Assembly: GCA_023231475.1 (NCBI GenBank)
Contig: JALJEE010001046.1
Location: 1-64,000, forward strand
Source: Seison nebaliae
Lineage: Eukaryota
Length of the DNA stretch: 64,000 nt
Reading direction: 5' to 3'
Shown: positions 1 to 11,244 of the stretch, piece by piece
Position numbering within the stretch: the stretch's first letter is position 1
How the letters are laid out: each line of letters starts with the position of its first letter
Translations under genes and position numbers: made by a program
The notes under the pieces: model-generated
Databases searched by the model: none
Seen by the model: the letters and a program-made list of their open reading frames with translations, nothing else
What the model was told of the DNA's origin: nothing

Positions 1-252
1 GATATAAAATGGAAGATATAAAATGGAAGATATAAAATGGAAGATATAAAATGGAAGATATAAAATGGAAGATATAAAATGGAAGATATAAAATGGAAGA
101 TATAAAGTGGAAGATATAAAGTGGAAGATATAAAGTGGAAGATATAAAGTGGAAGATATAAAGTGGAAGATACAAAGTGGAAGATATAAAGTGGAAGATA
201 TAAAGTGGAAGATATAAAGTGGAAGATATAAAATGGAAGATATAAAGTGGAA
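1..252. repeat. 14-bp minisatellite (GATATAAA[A/G]TGGAA), 18 copies, runs off the window start
   Basis: Read directly: copies 1-7 and 17 are A-type, 8-16 and 18 are G-type, and copy 13 carries a GATAC variant. Confidence 0.97.
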
Positions 253-467
253 GATACAACAAAAGATAAAGAAAAAAAAATTTAAAAAAAATTAAGAAAT
301 GAAGAATGAAAAGATATCTAGAAAATGGAAGAAATTATAATAATTGAGCTAAGATTTTGAATGAAGAAAATGATCTTGATTCCATTGGAAGTAGTCAATT
401 GTCCACGCTAACAATTTTTTCTCGATGATTAGTACAGTTTTTCTTGAGAAAGTTTATCGAATCCTTA

Positions 468-1060
468 TTAAAGAAATAGGTCCATTATCTTCTCATTGTC
501 CTCTTTGCTGGTAGCGACGATGAATTTCGCAGTTTCATTTTTGAGTATAGTCTCGTCATTCAATTTGTCAATCCGAGATATTTGACGACAGCAAATCCCT
601 CGTGAAGTCAAAAAGTTTTCTATTTTGGACATGTCGGTCGACCTGGACAGGCCACCCAACACTATTCGACGGGTTGCTAGTTCTTTGTTCTTTACTACCA
701 TCGTTAGCTCTTCAGTTAACTGTCCAGTACAAACAAGAGGAGAGTGTCGTTTCTTTGCGACATGTCGAATTGGTTGTTGAATTTTTAGATTTACGAGGTT
801 TTTTCTGGGTCATATTTCGTAATGTACCAGTGTATGATTTCTTACTTTCATTGTTTTTTTCGATAACGGTTTCTACGTTCACGCTGTTTTCGAAATACTT
901 GGAAATTGGCTCCTCAGACGCATCAGACGAGTTATTCAAACCCACTACTGATTTCCTCACCGTCGTATTCTTTATTATACCCATTTCTGCACTTTCATTC
1001 TTAGCAATACGGGGTTTTTCAAGTAATATGACTCGTTCCTTCAACATTACGACTTCTTGT
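468..1060 (-). mobile_element. Decayed non-LTR retrotransposon ORF1-like remnant
   Basis: ORFs 712-1047 and 468-701 join across a frameshift in an A-run near 800. The product is a coiled-coil-like segment, then KKSYTGTL...SPLVCTGQL, then RRIVLGGLSRSTDMSKIENFL...AKFIV, resembling the RRM-type ORF1 of LINEs. Similarity judged by eye. Confidence 0.4.
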
Positions 1061-2293
1061 TGAAGAAGACGGCAAGCTTCTTAAATCTGTCTGAACTCTT
1101 CCCAAGACGGAGAAGCCACAGAAAATTGACAAAACGAACCACAATGGGGCGGAGAGAAGTTCTCTCGTCTCATTATTTGAATTATGATATCTCGAATTTG
1201 CATCATTATTTGGAAGGATTTGAAGTAGTTTTCTCATCTTAAAAAAAATAATAGACTTTTTTTGCATCATACAAAATTAGGAATAGAAAAGTTCTTGGTT
1301 GAGAATGCACATTAATTTTTATTATCAATAATATTTTTTTTTTAATATTTTATTTTAATATCTGATCAATATGTTTTTGAACCTCATTGTCGATTTTCAT
1401 AATTATTAGTCCTATATTAATCGAAATAATCATTAATTAATCACTGGGGCAATATGGGAAATTTCATTTTGAATAATTAAAATTTAGGTAACTTCGTAAG
1501 AATAAACCTAAAATTAATCACTAATATATTATATACTAATTATATATAATTCCGCATAAATCTCAACGTTTAAGATTCATTATCAAAAGTGCAAAAAGTA
1601 TAACACAGCAAAGTACAAAACTGAATAACATAATAAAAGCAAAAAACGAAAGTCCTATTCAAAAATAAAAATTTATCACGAATATGTAGTTAAATATTAT
1701 AATAATTCACATATTAATATAATATATTTTAAATAATATGTAAGAGTGCCAATGAAATAACAATAGAAAAAAAGGCCAGGTGAGGGATCAAATTGGAGAA
1801 TTGAAGCGTAAGTTTAAAAAACCGGCAAGAGAATTTTCAGTAGATTCTTACTTGGAACTTACTACAGAACCTGCATAGACCAGTATAATAATTTCAACCG
1901 CATAATTCCGGATTTTTCCATTATCTTTTTTAAAGTTCGAAGGAGATATTTATCGAGAGCGAGATTTGAATTGTCCCTCTATGCGAATTTACAAATTACT
2001 TTTTTATCTTTCTTTATATATTTTTTCCGATATAGGAGTGGATTTTTCTGGAATTCTGCCCAATCTTGTTCCTTTTTTTCTCTCTTTTCTTCTTTTCCCT
2101 CTTATTTCAAATAAAAAAATAAAATAAATATGAATTTTTAAGTAAATTTTTAGAAAAGTAAATTTATTAATTTTCAATTAATTTATTTCATTTAATGAGC
2201 GAATAGAAAGGTAGAAACATGAAATTGAAAAAGAAATTTAATACAAAATTTACATTATGATGAATGGGCGTTGTGTGTTAAAATTTAGTACAA

Positions 2294-5002
2294 CTAATGT
2301 TGTTCCGATAACGGGTTGTGGAAGCGTGATGTTGCCGGCACATATTCTGCATTTTGATTAGTTTGCCAAGCAGTGTTTTTACCTTCTTTTGTTAGAACAG
2401 CATATTCTCGATTGTCTGCAATTATTGCAAATATTTTCCAAATGCCCAAACCCAATAAACCTAGCAAGACTATGGTTGCTATGACAACAACGATAATACC
2501 CCAAAGTGGTAAGGCAGTAGGACAATCTTTCTTTTTCTTTATGTTAATCAAAATATCATCCATAAAGTCACTGTCAATATTAGTGTAAGCGAAGAAGAAA
2601 TTACATCCATCTGATGGGTCTTTGAATTGACAAATCTGTCCATTCTTCTCATCGTTTTCATTCTCTAGTTTGTCAACAATTACGTAATTCAAATCTTTGC
2701 ATTTCTCTTCACATTTATTTTGATGCATCAAACTTCCCGTTTTGAATATTTTGCACTGAACGCATTCTTTATTTTGTTCACAAGCACCAGGACATGTCTA
2801 AATAATCAATTTTGAATAATAATTATAAAAGGAATAATTACGAACAATACAATGTTGACAGAATGGTCCGGAATATAAGTCGTCACAAACACAACTTCCA
2901 CATTGACAATTTCCCTTATTATTACAAATTTTCTGAAGAAAAAAAAATTAGTAATAAAAAAATATAAAATTAGAATCTTAACTCCAGTTGAATTATCTAG
3001 ACAAGTATCAGTTCGATTATAACAAGAACAATCATCATCAATGTAATCAGGTTGACATTCGCATTTCCTTCCACAGCCACAGACACCTCGTTTTATTCCA
3101 CCACAAATCTTCCCTTCAAATTGTGGACAACTGAAGTTGTCACATTCACAAAACGTTCCGTTGATGAATTCATTTGATTTCTAAAATTAATTTTTATTAT
3201 CGATTAAAATTATTGTGATTATTTAACTTTTCTTTCATCACATATACATTTTCCACATTGACATATCCCACGATCATTACATATGATTCCAGTTTGACTA
3301 GAATTAAAATTTAAAAAAATAATAATTTTTTTGTCAAATTAACAGAAAGAAGGAACTTGTGTCGACACAACTCCATCATTTCCTCATAAGATCGATGGTT
3401 TAATTCGCATTCACAATTGTCACCGGCAAATCCGTTTTCACAATCACAAATTCCACAATTTAATGTTCCACGTCCACTGCAAACGTTTTCTCCTAAAGTT
3501 TCTTTTAAATTCTAAAACATTTAAAAAATTCACAATAATAAATTAATAATAAGAATCGACAACTTCACATGACTGACAATCACATAAAGGCTCAATGTGA
3601 ATTGTTACGTCTTCAGATAATCCCATTGGTTTAATTTTCAATTTCAACGATTTACCTGAATTCGATTTGCAACTTTTTAATGTAATCGAAGTTTCTATTT
3701 GTAATTCATCGCCGATTTTCAAATTAACACATTTCCGACTATTCACTAATTCGCATCGTTTCTCATCAAATTTATAATTTATATCGATTGATGGTGATCT
3801 TCCTTCTTCAAACAATTCTAATCCAGAAGAAATTTTCTAAAGACAAACATAATTTTTTCATCTAAATAAATTCAAACTTTATAATTGTCAACAACTAAAT
3901 CGACGATGTTGGCGGAATCGTTATCCAATTTTCCATAAACGGTTCCATAAAGTAATTGACTGAGATTTGAATATAATTCCAAACGATCTTCAGTCACCGC
4001 AAAAATTAAATTTATATTTTTCTGTTTAATTTTTTGATTTATTTGTCCAATGGACGGATAATCATGTTCGAGTGAATGAGTATATTCATTATCTCTCAAA
4101 TGACAAAGACCATCATTTGGTTTGATAATTCCTGCCAATCTACCTTCACCAGCCATATGAAATTCGGCATCAGTCGATAAAATAATTAATCGTCGACTAT
4201 TCTCTCTCCAACCGATTTCTTTCTCACAAACAATAACTTGAAGTAATGCTTCTAATCCACCTTCAGGTGCATCCAAATTACCAGAAACAGGTGTTGCTTC
4301 AACACTGCGAGAAAAGAGTTGTTCGTCATCAGACAAATTCATACGATGTTTAAATAAATAAGGAGCAGCACATCCTTTGCATGGCGATTGTTTCCTGAGC
4401 GGATGAGTATCGATAAATGGCGAGATAGTTTTGTCAACAAACGATCCGAAACCTAAACGGAAATTTTTCGTAATTTTTTTTAATCGTCGCGCTAATTCTT
4501 CTCCTAATAATGACAGACGTTTCTTGTCGTCTAACATTGAATAACTCATATCCATCAAGAAATAAAGATCGACAGGATAATCTTTTGATTGACGGAAAGT
4601 TATATTAAATTTGGCTTCTTCATTTACTCGTAATTTCAGTTTGATGTTTGATGGAATGATTTGAACAGCGTCCTTCATTTTACCATTCTTCAATTCGATT
4701 GCATCTGACAAATCGTTTTTATTGTCGATTTTTATCGATTGTTTTGGATTAGTAATATCATCAATCGGACAATTATCATTCACCAATTCTTCATATAAAT
4801 TACATCGACTCTTTTTGAAATCTTTCGATAAAGTATGACACCAGGAACATGGTTGACTATTATCATTATTGTCAATATATTGAATGGATGATATACAACT
4901 ATCACACGCTTCTTCTTCATTGCACAAAGAATGGATTAATTGGAATTTTAGAAAAAATATTGCGAATATGAAATTGAGTAGAAAAAAGTGAATTCTTTTC
5001 AT
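2294..5002 (-). CDS. Integrin beta subunit (7 exons, 6 GTT-AG introns)
   Basis: Signal peptide, PSI cysteines, I-like domain with MIDAS DLYFLMDMSYSM, GFGSFVDK and SGNLDAPEGG, Cys-rich EGF repeats rebuilt across introns at ~2800-3560, TM helix and cytoplasmic tail. Confidence 0.95.
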
Positions 5003-5063
5003 TTTTTTTCTTCAAGTTTTGTATTTGGAACGAATGGGATGTGTACTTTTAATAAGAATTTAT

Positions 5064-5281
5064 TGATAAGTAAATTCCAGCACTTATCAGAAAAATTCAC
5101 TTATCAATTATTCTATTAAGCTTAACAGTTCAATTTTTCTTTTATTTATCTTTCTCTCTTTAATATGTTCTACAATTTTCTGGAGAATAGATTGAAACTC
5201 AATCATCTTCATTTGATAGTGTACTTATCAGTTTTTAAAAATCATACATATTCACACGAACCATAAAAGAGAACAGATAAG
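5064..5281. promoter_or_regulatory. Cluster of GATA-factor sites upstream of integrin beta
   Basis: TGATAAGT or its reverse complement at 5064, 5082, 5099 and 5223, plus AGATAAG at 5275. Confidence 0.45.
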
Positions 5282-5515
5282 AAAAACATGATCAGACATC
5301 AACTGCAACGAAATTTTTTTCGGAAATATTAATTCTTTATTTTACAACTATTGTTGTTAGAACTATTTTTTATGATTGAAAATAAATTTAAATATATTCT
5401 GATATTTTTTTTCATTTGAACTTTAAAAAAAAGTTACAATACTCATAAATTTTTACTACACATCAAATATTTCCAATTCGAATATTTAAATGGCAACACT
5501 TTCATAAAATTATAT

Positions 5516-8088
5516 TTATTCCCATTTCTTATAATTGATTTTTGGAATTGAATCACATGAAACCATTTCGTTACCATCATTTGTTGGTAATTCGAGAGCG
5601 TGCGGTTGAATCTTTTCTATTCCGTCAATTGTCATACAAAGTACATAAGCCAGAGAACTTTTCCTTATTTGCCGAAGCTGAGCTTTAGTGAATTGTTGAT
5701 CGTCACCTCCATTTTCATAATAATATCGATCACCAAATTTAGTTCGATAGAAATTTTCCGCTATGAGACATCCAAAAGTTGGACCAGTTGTTCCACCCTT
5801 TGAATGTTTCTCACTCATTGCACCAACAAATAAATCGATATCTTCAATATTTCTATAAAAAGAAATTGATGAATTAAAAATTTAAATAATTTGTAACTCA
5901 TATACTGATTGTAGTTTGACGATGACATCTGGTTCAATAATGTCCAACTCTTTCAAATCCTCCCATGTTTTTGTTGGACATTCAACTTCTTCTTTCTTCC
6001 CATACGTACCAGTTTTTATTTGATCAATATATTGATCGCATAAATGTTTATAATTTATATAACCATCTAAACCAGCGGCACGACCTCGTTGAATATCAAT
6101 TCCAGCCAAATCGTGTGCAAATTTAATTCCTAAAAGTTTTTGGAAAATTGAAATTTTTGGAATATTTTGAAAATATAAAAACTCACTTGAATTTTCATCA
6201 AAATCCGCAAATAATTGAGAATGCATTGATATCGGAAATATCTCATTTCCTTTACCCGCAGCATCATATAATAAACCGTAAAGAAATCCATTTAATCCAT
6301 AAGATTCACTTGAATGATGAATATATTGACGAGAAAAAATAGAAATATTTCTAACTTTTTCAGTTGTTTTGTTGTAAATAAAGTTTGCGACATTGGAACT
6401 GCCTCTTGTTTTTTCGTTCCGTTATTATATAAAATTGACATCGATTCTCGAATTTGTGTATGTCCAAAACGGAAAGCAGCAGCATTCATTTCTAGAGAGA
6501 TTCGTGGATCTATTGTATCATTATAATCCATAAAATATTTACCATTTTCCAATGATAATAAGTGGAAAGTTTCACTTAATTCATCGCCGACGGTTGTTCG
6601 GACATATTCATTATAAGAAATGTGTTGGAAGACACCTGAAGCAATTTTTCGACTTTCTTCAAATAATTCGTCATCTGTCCAATCGTCATGATATTTCCTC
6701 AACTTCTCGGAAATGATATTATGAAATCTGAAAAAGATGACATGTAAAATTGCCAATCCAGTATTTTCACCAGTTCTTTTATCGCCAGTGAGGAAGCAAT
6801 CTTCGTTATCCCGATTCATAATACAATCTCTACCTTTTCTGGGAAAAGTTTTACGATTATTTGTCTTATTTTTATTCCCTCGATTTCCGGTCAATTTACC
6901 AGCAAAATTTAATCTCAAAACATCCGCATCATTTTGGACTGATCCATAAATATGAGATAAATCAATAAATGACGTTGGATCATTAATGGCATTTCTATCA
7001 GGATATTCTAAAGAGAATAATATTGAAAAGTAAAAGAAAAGAAATTTTAAACTCATATCAGCACAACTATCATTAGTCAGTGAGATGGAATTAACATGAG
7101 ATATAGTCTGACAAGTTTTGGTTTCAAAATTTTCGAAAAATTCATCATTTTCTTCAATTGGGAAATTTTGACATAACGTCGAATTACCATTACATGGACA
7201 TCTTCCAGGCATCGAAGAGAAACCATCAAATGCTGAATCGGCTAATGTCATATCGTGAGATAAGAATTGACCGAACGACATATGTAAATGGTTAAGAAAA
7301 TCACTATCCGGTAACGCCGATGTTCCATGAACTTTAAGAGTAATTTCTCTTGGTGTTGGAAGAGTACGATCTTTTACCGTTTAAAAACCAACAAAAGTTT
7401 ATTTGACCTTTCAATTAGATAAATTAAACTTGTTAAATCGATCGGTGATTGTAACCGTTTCATTGGAGTAAATGACTTACCTTTCCACATATGAATTTTA
7501 TTATTACAAGAACCATCGATAGTTCGAAATTTACGAAATGGACAGCCCATCGACATACTTACATTATAATAATTTTCACAAGGTTCGCTACCGCTAAAAG
7601 GAGAAAGTAGTTTAATTTGTATTAATTGATAATCGAATGAGTCCAAATCGACAACTAACGGTGAAATGAACGTAAATATTCGAGGTTGCTATTTCATGAA
7701 TTATAAAAAAGTTAATAATTTTATCCTAAATAGTAAATAAAAACCAGATTAGACACATTCGAGGTACTTCTTGATGTCTGAATGGTGGTAGTATCAATGG
7801 TCGTTTTTGTTGTTGTTGAAGTGAATGTCGATGAAATTATTGAAGTAAGTACAGTAGTGAAATTACTTTCATCGGAATTATTCACGTTACTAATCGCCAA
7901 TGCTAAACCTACAATAATACCAGAAATGACGAGGAAACCGATAAGTAGCGACCCTCTAAGAAATACATAGAACTGAACAAATATTTCAAACATGTCTCTA
8001 ACATCATTATTGGTGTGAGTGCAACTTTTCGAATTTTAGACCTGTTAGACTGATCTTCATTCTTATGACTGATGAAAAACTTAAACAT
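5516..8088 (-). CDS. Animal heme peroxidase (peroxidase-cyclooxygenase superfamily) with N-terminal TM anchor and Ser/Thr stalk, ~9 exons
   Basis: Motifs FRTIDGSCNN, FGQFLSHD (distal Gln/His), TSFIDLSHIYG, GDKRTGE, AFRFGH (proximal His), DIQRGR, IDLFVGAMSE and GDRYYYE. Exons join in frame across short introns, with ATG at 8088. Confidence 0.9.
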
Positions 8089-8588
8089 AATTTATAACTT
8101 AAAAAAATCGAGAATTTTGCTTAAACAACTGTCTTATAATCCTTATATCATATATAGATGTAACGATCCTATTATATATGCATTTTGCTTAGTAGTCATT
8201 GACGATTTGTCATGGGAAAAACATCAGTGACGTCAAGATGTTCCCCATCCTTTCAAGTAAAGTTAGCTTTAAAATTGTGCATATTCAAGGTTCCTTTTAA
8301 ATTTTTTATGAAAATTGATTAACGAAAATAATAAAACAATGGCAACTTTTAACTCTTTAGGACACATAAATGATCGGATTTCCTTGACAATTGACCAAAT
8401 CGAAAATGAAAATGTTTATAAACATTAATTAATTTCTTCATCAAACATATTTTCAATATCAAAAATTCTACTTTCTATTAAATCATGTGTCAATTCATTA
8501 AATTTTATTTTAAATTAATTTGAAAAACAATTCTATTCGTCAATCTACAATAGTTTGAAAATATTCGTCACATTTCCAAATTGACAAT

Positions 8589-10628
8589 TCATTTGAACTC
8601 ATTCAAAAATTCGATATGAAATTTTTTGAAAGTTGCCAAAGCTTCTTTGATCTGTTCTACAGGTGGTAAAATAGTTATACGGAAATGATATGTCCCCGGT
8701 TTCTGTAAAAATCCACTTCCAGGTACGACGCAGATTCCTGTTCGTTCTAATAATTCTTTACAATAATACGAGTCGGGAGTCATCTCCAACGATTTGGCCT
8801 TCTCAATTAATTTGGATGGTAATTCCAATTTGGGGAAACAATACATTGCACCACATACTGGATTACATGATATTCCTGGAATAGAATTGAATAATTCTGT
8901 TATCAATTCTCCTTTTAATTTCAATTCTGATAAGATTTTCTCTTTCTCTTCTAACCATTTATTATATGATGGTCCATCAGATGAGGGTGGTGCAATAGCA
9001 CAACTAACAGCCGCTTGACCAATAGACGACGGACATAATTTCGCTGTCAACATTTTGTACAACATCGCTTCGACTGCTGGATCGAAATTCATCACTTCCA
9101 TATAACCACCTCGAAGACCACATTCTCCGAAATATCCTTTAGATACCGAATGGAACGATACCAATTCCAAATCACTATATGGTTTGCCCATACCTAATAA
9201 AACTTTGCGGAAAGAATGAAAAGCTGCTTCTTTGGCGAAAATGTTATCCTGATAAACTTCATCAGCCAAAATAACTAAATTCTTCTCATAAGCAAATTTG
9301 ATAACTAATTTAATATTTTCTTCAGTCAACACTTGACCTGTGGGATTTCCAGGATTGATGATGACAATCGCTCTAGGTTCCACTTCCACGTCATCTCGTC
9401 GTCTTTTATAAGTTTCTTCTAATTCTTCTAATGTCAACGACCAGCCTTGTTCTTCATTCAAATAATATCCCATATCTGAAAGACCGAATTCCGTAATTGT
9501 TGCTGAATATAATGGATATTGTGGAATGGGAATTAAAATTCCTGATTTCTTCAAATTATTTTGTGTAATAAAAAGTTCTAGAATACTTCGAATTCCTTCA
9601 GATGCACCAGCAGTTATATAAATATTGTTGATATCACATTTCCGATCAGTTCCGTCTCGTTTATTTATATAATTCACAACATCTTCTCGAACTGATGTAA
9701 TACCTTTCGATTCTGTATATGAACCGACTGATTCGCCTTTACATGATCCCAAAATTCTTTTCGCTTTCTCTTTTATGTCACTGGGAACGAAATCCGTTTC
9801 CAATAAATCTTTATTCAATATCGACGACAACGTTTGACGAACATATGTGAGTGGCATTTGACCGAGTGCATGACAATCACCAATATTGCATCGTAAAACG
9901 GAATTGAACGATTTCTTTACTCCCTAGAAATTATAATAAATAGAATAATATAATTATTCTTATTAATTGATTTTAAATTAAAAATTTTTCATGTTTTAGA
10001 TACTTAAAATCCGTTCGTTTTCATCAAATAGAAATAACTTGTTTCAATTCATTCTCAATAACAGCGGCACGTTGCGGAATTGGACCGCGCACCGAATATT
10101 CGAGTTTAATGACTGATGGATTTAATCGTTCTAATGTTAAATTTTTTTTCATTCTAGCATTTTGAAAAATAATTATGAAATTTTTTTCTGATCACAAATA
10201 ATTTTAGTTATCAATTATTTTTCTCGAAAATTAAACGACCAATATTTGACAGCAATAAATTTGAAAAAAAAAACAATTCAATTCAGTTACATTTTTTAAT
10301 CGTGAAAATATTAAAGAATAATAAGAAGATATGTAAGTAAAATTAATATGCATGTGATTTTTTCCAGTTTCTATCTGAATGTATGATCAGAGAGAAAAGT
10401 GTGGAATAAAAATGATTGAAATGAAAAAGTTTAACTTACTCGTTCTAGCTCTAATTCTAATTCGATGGCACGGTTAGGTATCGGTCCACGAACAGCATAT
10501 TGGAGATCGATTACATTTCTATTCATATTGCAAATTTGTAAGTTCTTCTCATTCTTTCTCGCTGATGGAGACGAACAAGCGAGACGTTTAGAAGTTTGAT
10601 TGAGAAGATTTCGACTTACAATTTTCAT
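8589..10628 (-). CDS. GPT: Alanine aminotransferase with two alternative first coding exons (10440-10628 and 10039-10152) spliced to a common exon starting at 9923
   Basis: PLP class I motifs INPGNPTGQ, ADEVYQ, SVSKGYFGECGLRGGY and VPGSGF. Both first exons encode the Y[AS]VRGPIP motif and join in phase 0 to GVKKSFNSVLRCNIGDCH. Confidence 0.93.
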
Positions 10629-11244
10629 AACTAGAAAAATAATTCTCTATAAGAAAGAAAGTGAAAAGAAAATAAATTTTGTTATTCATTTGAATATATA
10701 CATATCATTTCTGACTCCTTATTATGGACTGGAGAATGTATATAAAAATATTTTGTTCATATATATAACGTGTAGAATGTACATTACACATGACCTAATT
10801 ATACATAGTAGCAATTATGAATTTAACATAAATTGAACCATAAAGTAGGAAGATTTTTTTTTAATACGTTTCATTTATTTAATGAATTAAACTGCTTAAT
10901 TATTGTGCTAATATGATAAATAAGCTTCCTCATATTACCATTATCTTACAATTTATTTATTTCATTGTTAAATTTATTTACTTGTTTTGTTTCTACGCTA
11001 TTTTATCGCATTTTATTAACGTTAAAAGAATTGTTCTCTCTTTTTAAGAATTGAAATAAGTTTCCATCATCTAGTTGTAGTTAGAGGTTAGGAGAAGAAT
11101 TGGCTATTTCAATTTTGCATGTTCTTTCGAGTAGTTTCAGTTTAATTATTTTGTAGTATATTCATATTTTCGCTATAAAACGCTTTACCCTATGGGGATT
11201 TGGAGTCTTAATAAAAAAAATTAACTATTGACAAAATAAATTTT

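Noticed and set aside
1..252. Regular repeat as a CRISPR array
   Set aside because: Head-to-tail units with no unique spacers, in a eukaryotic context.
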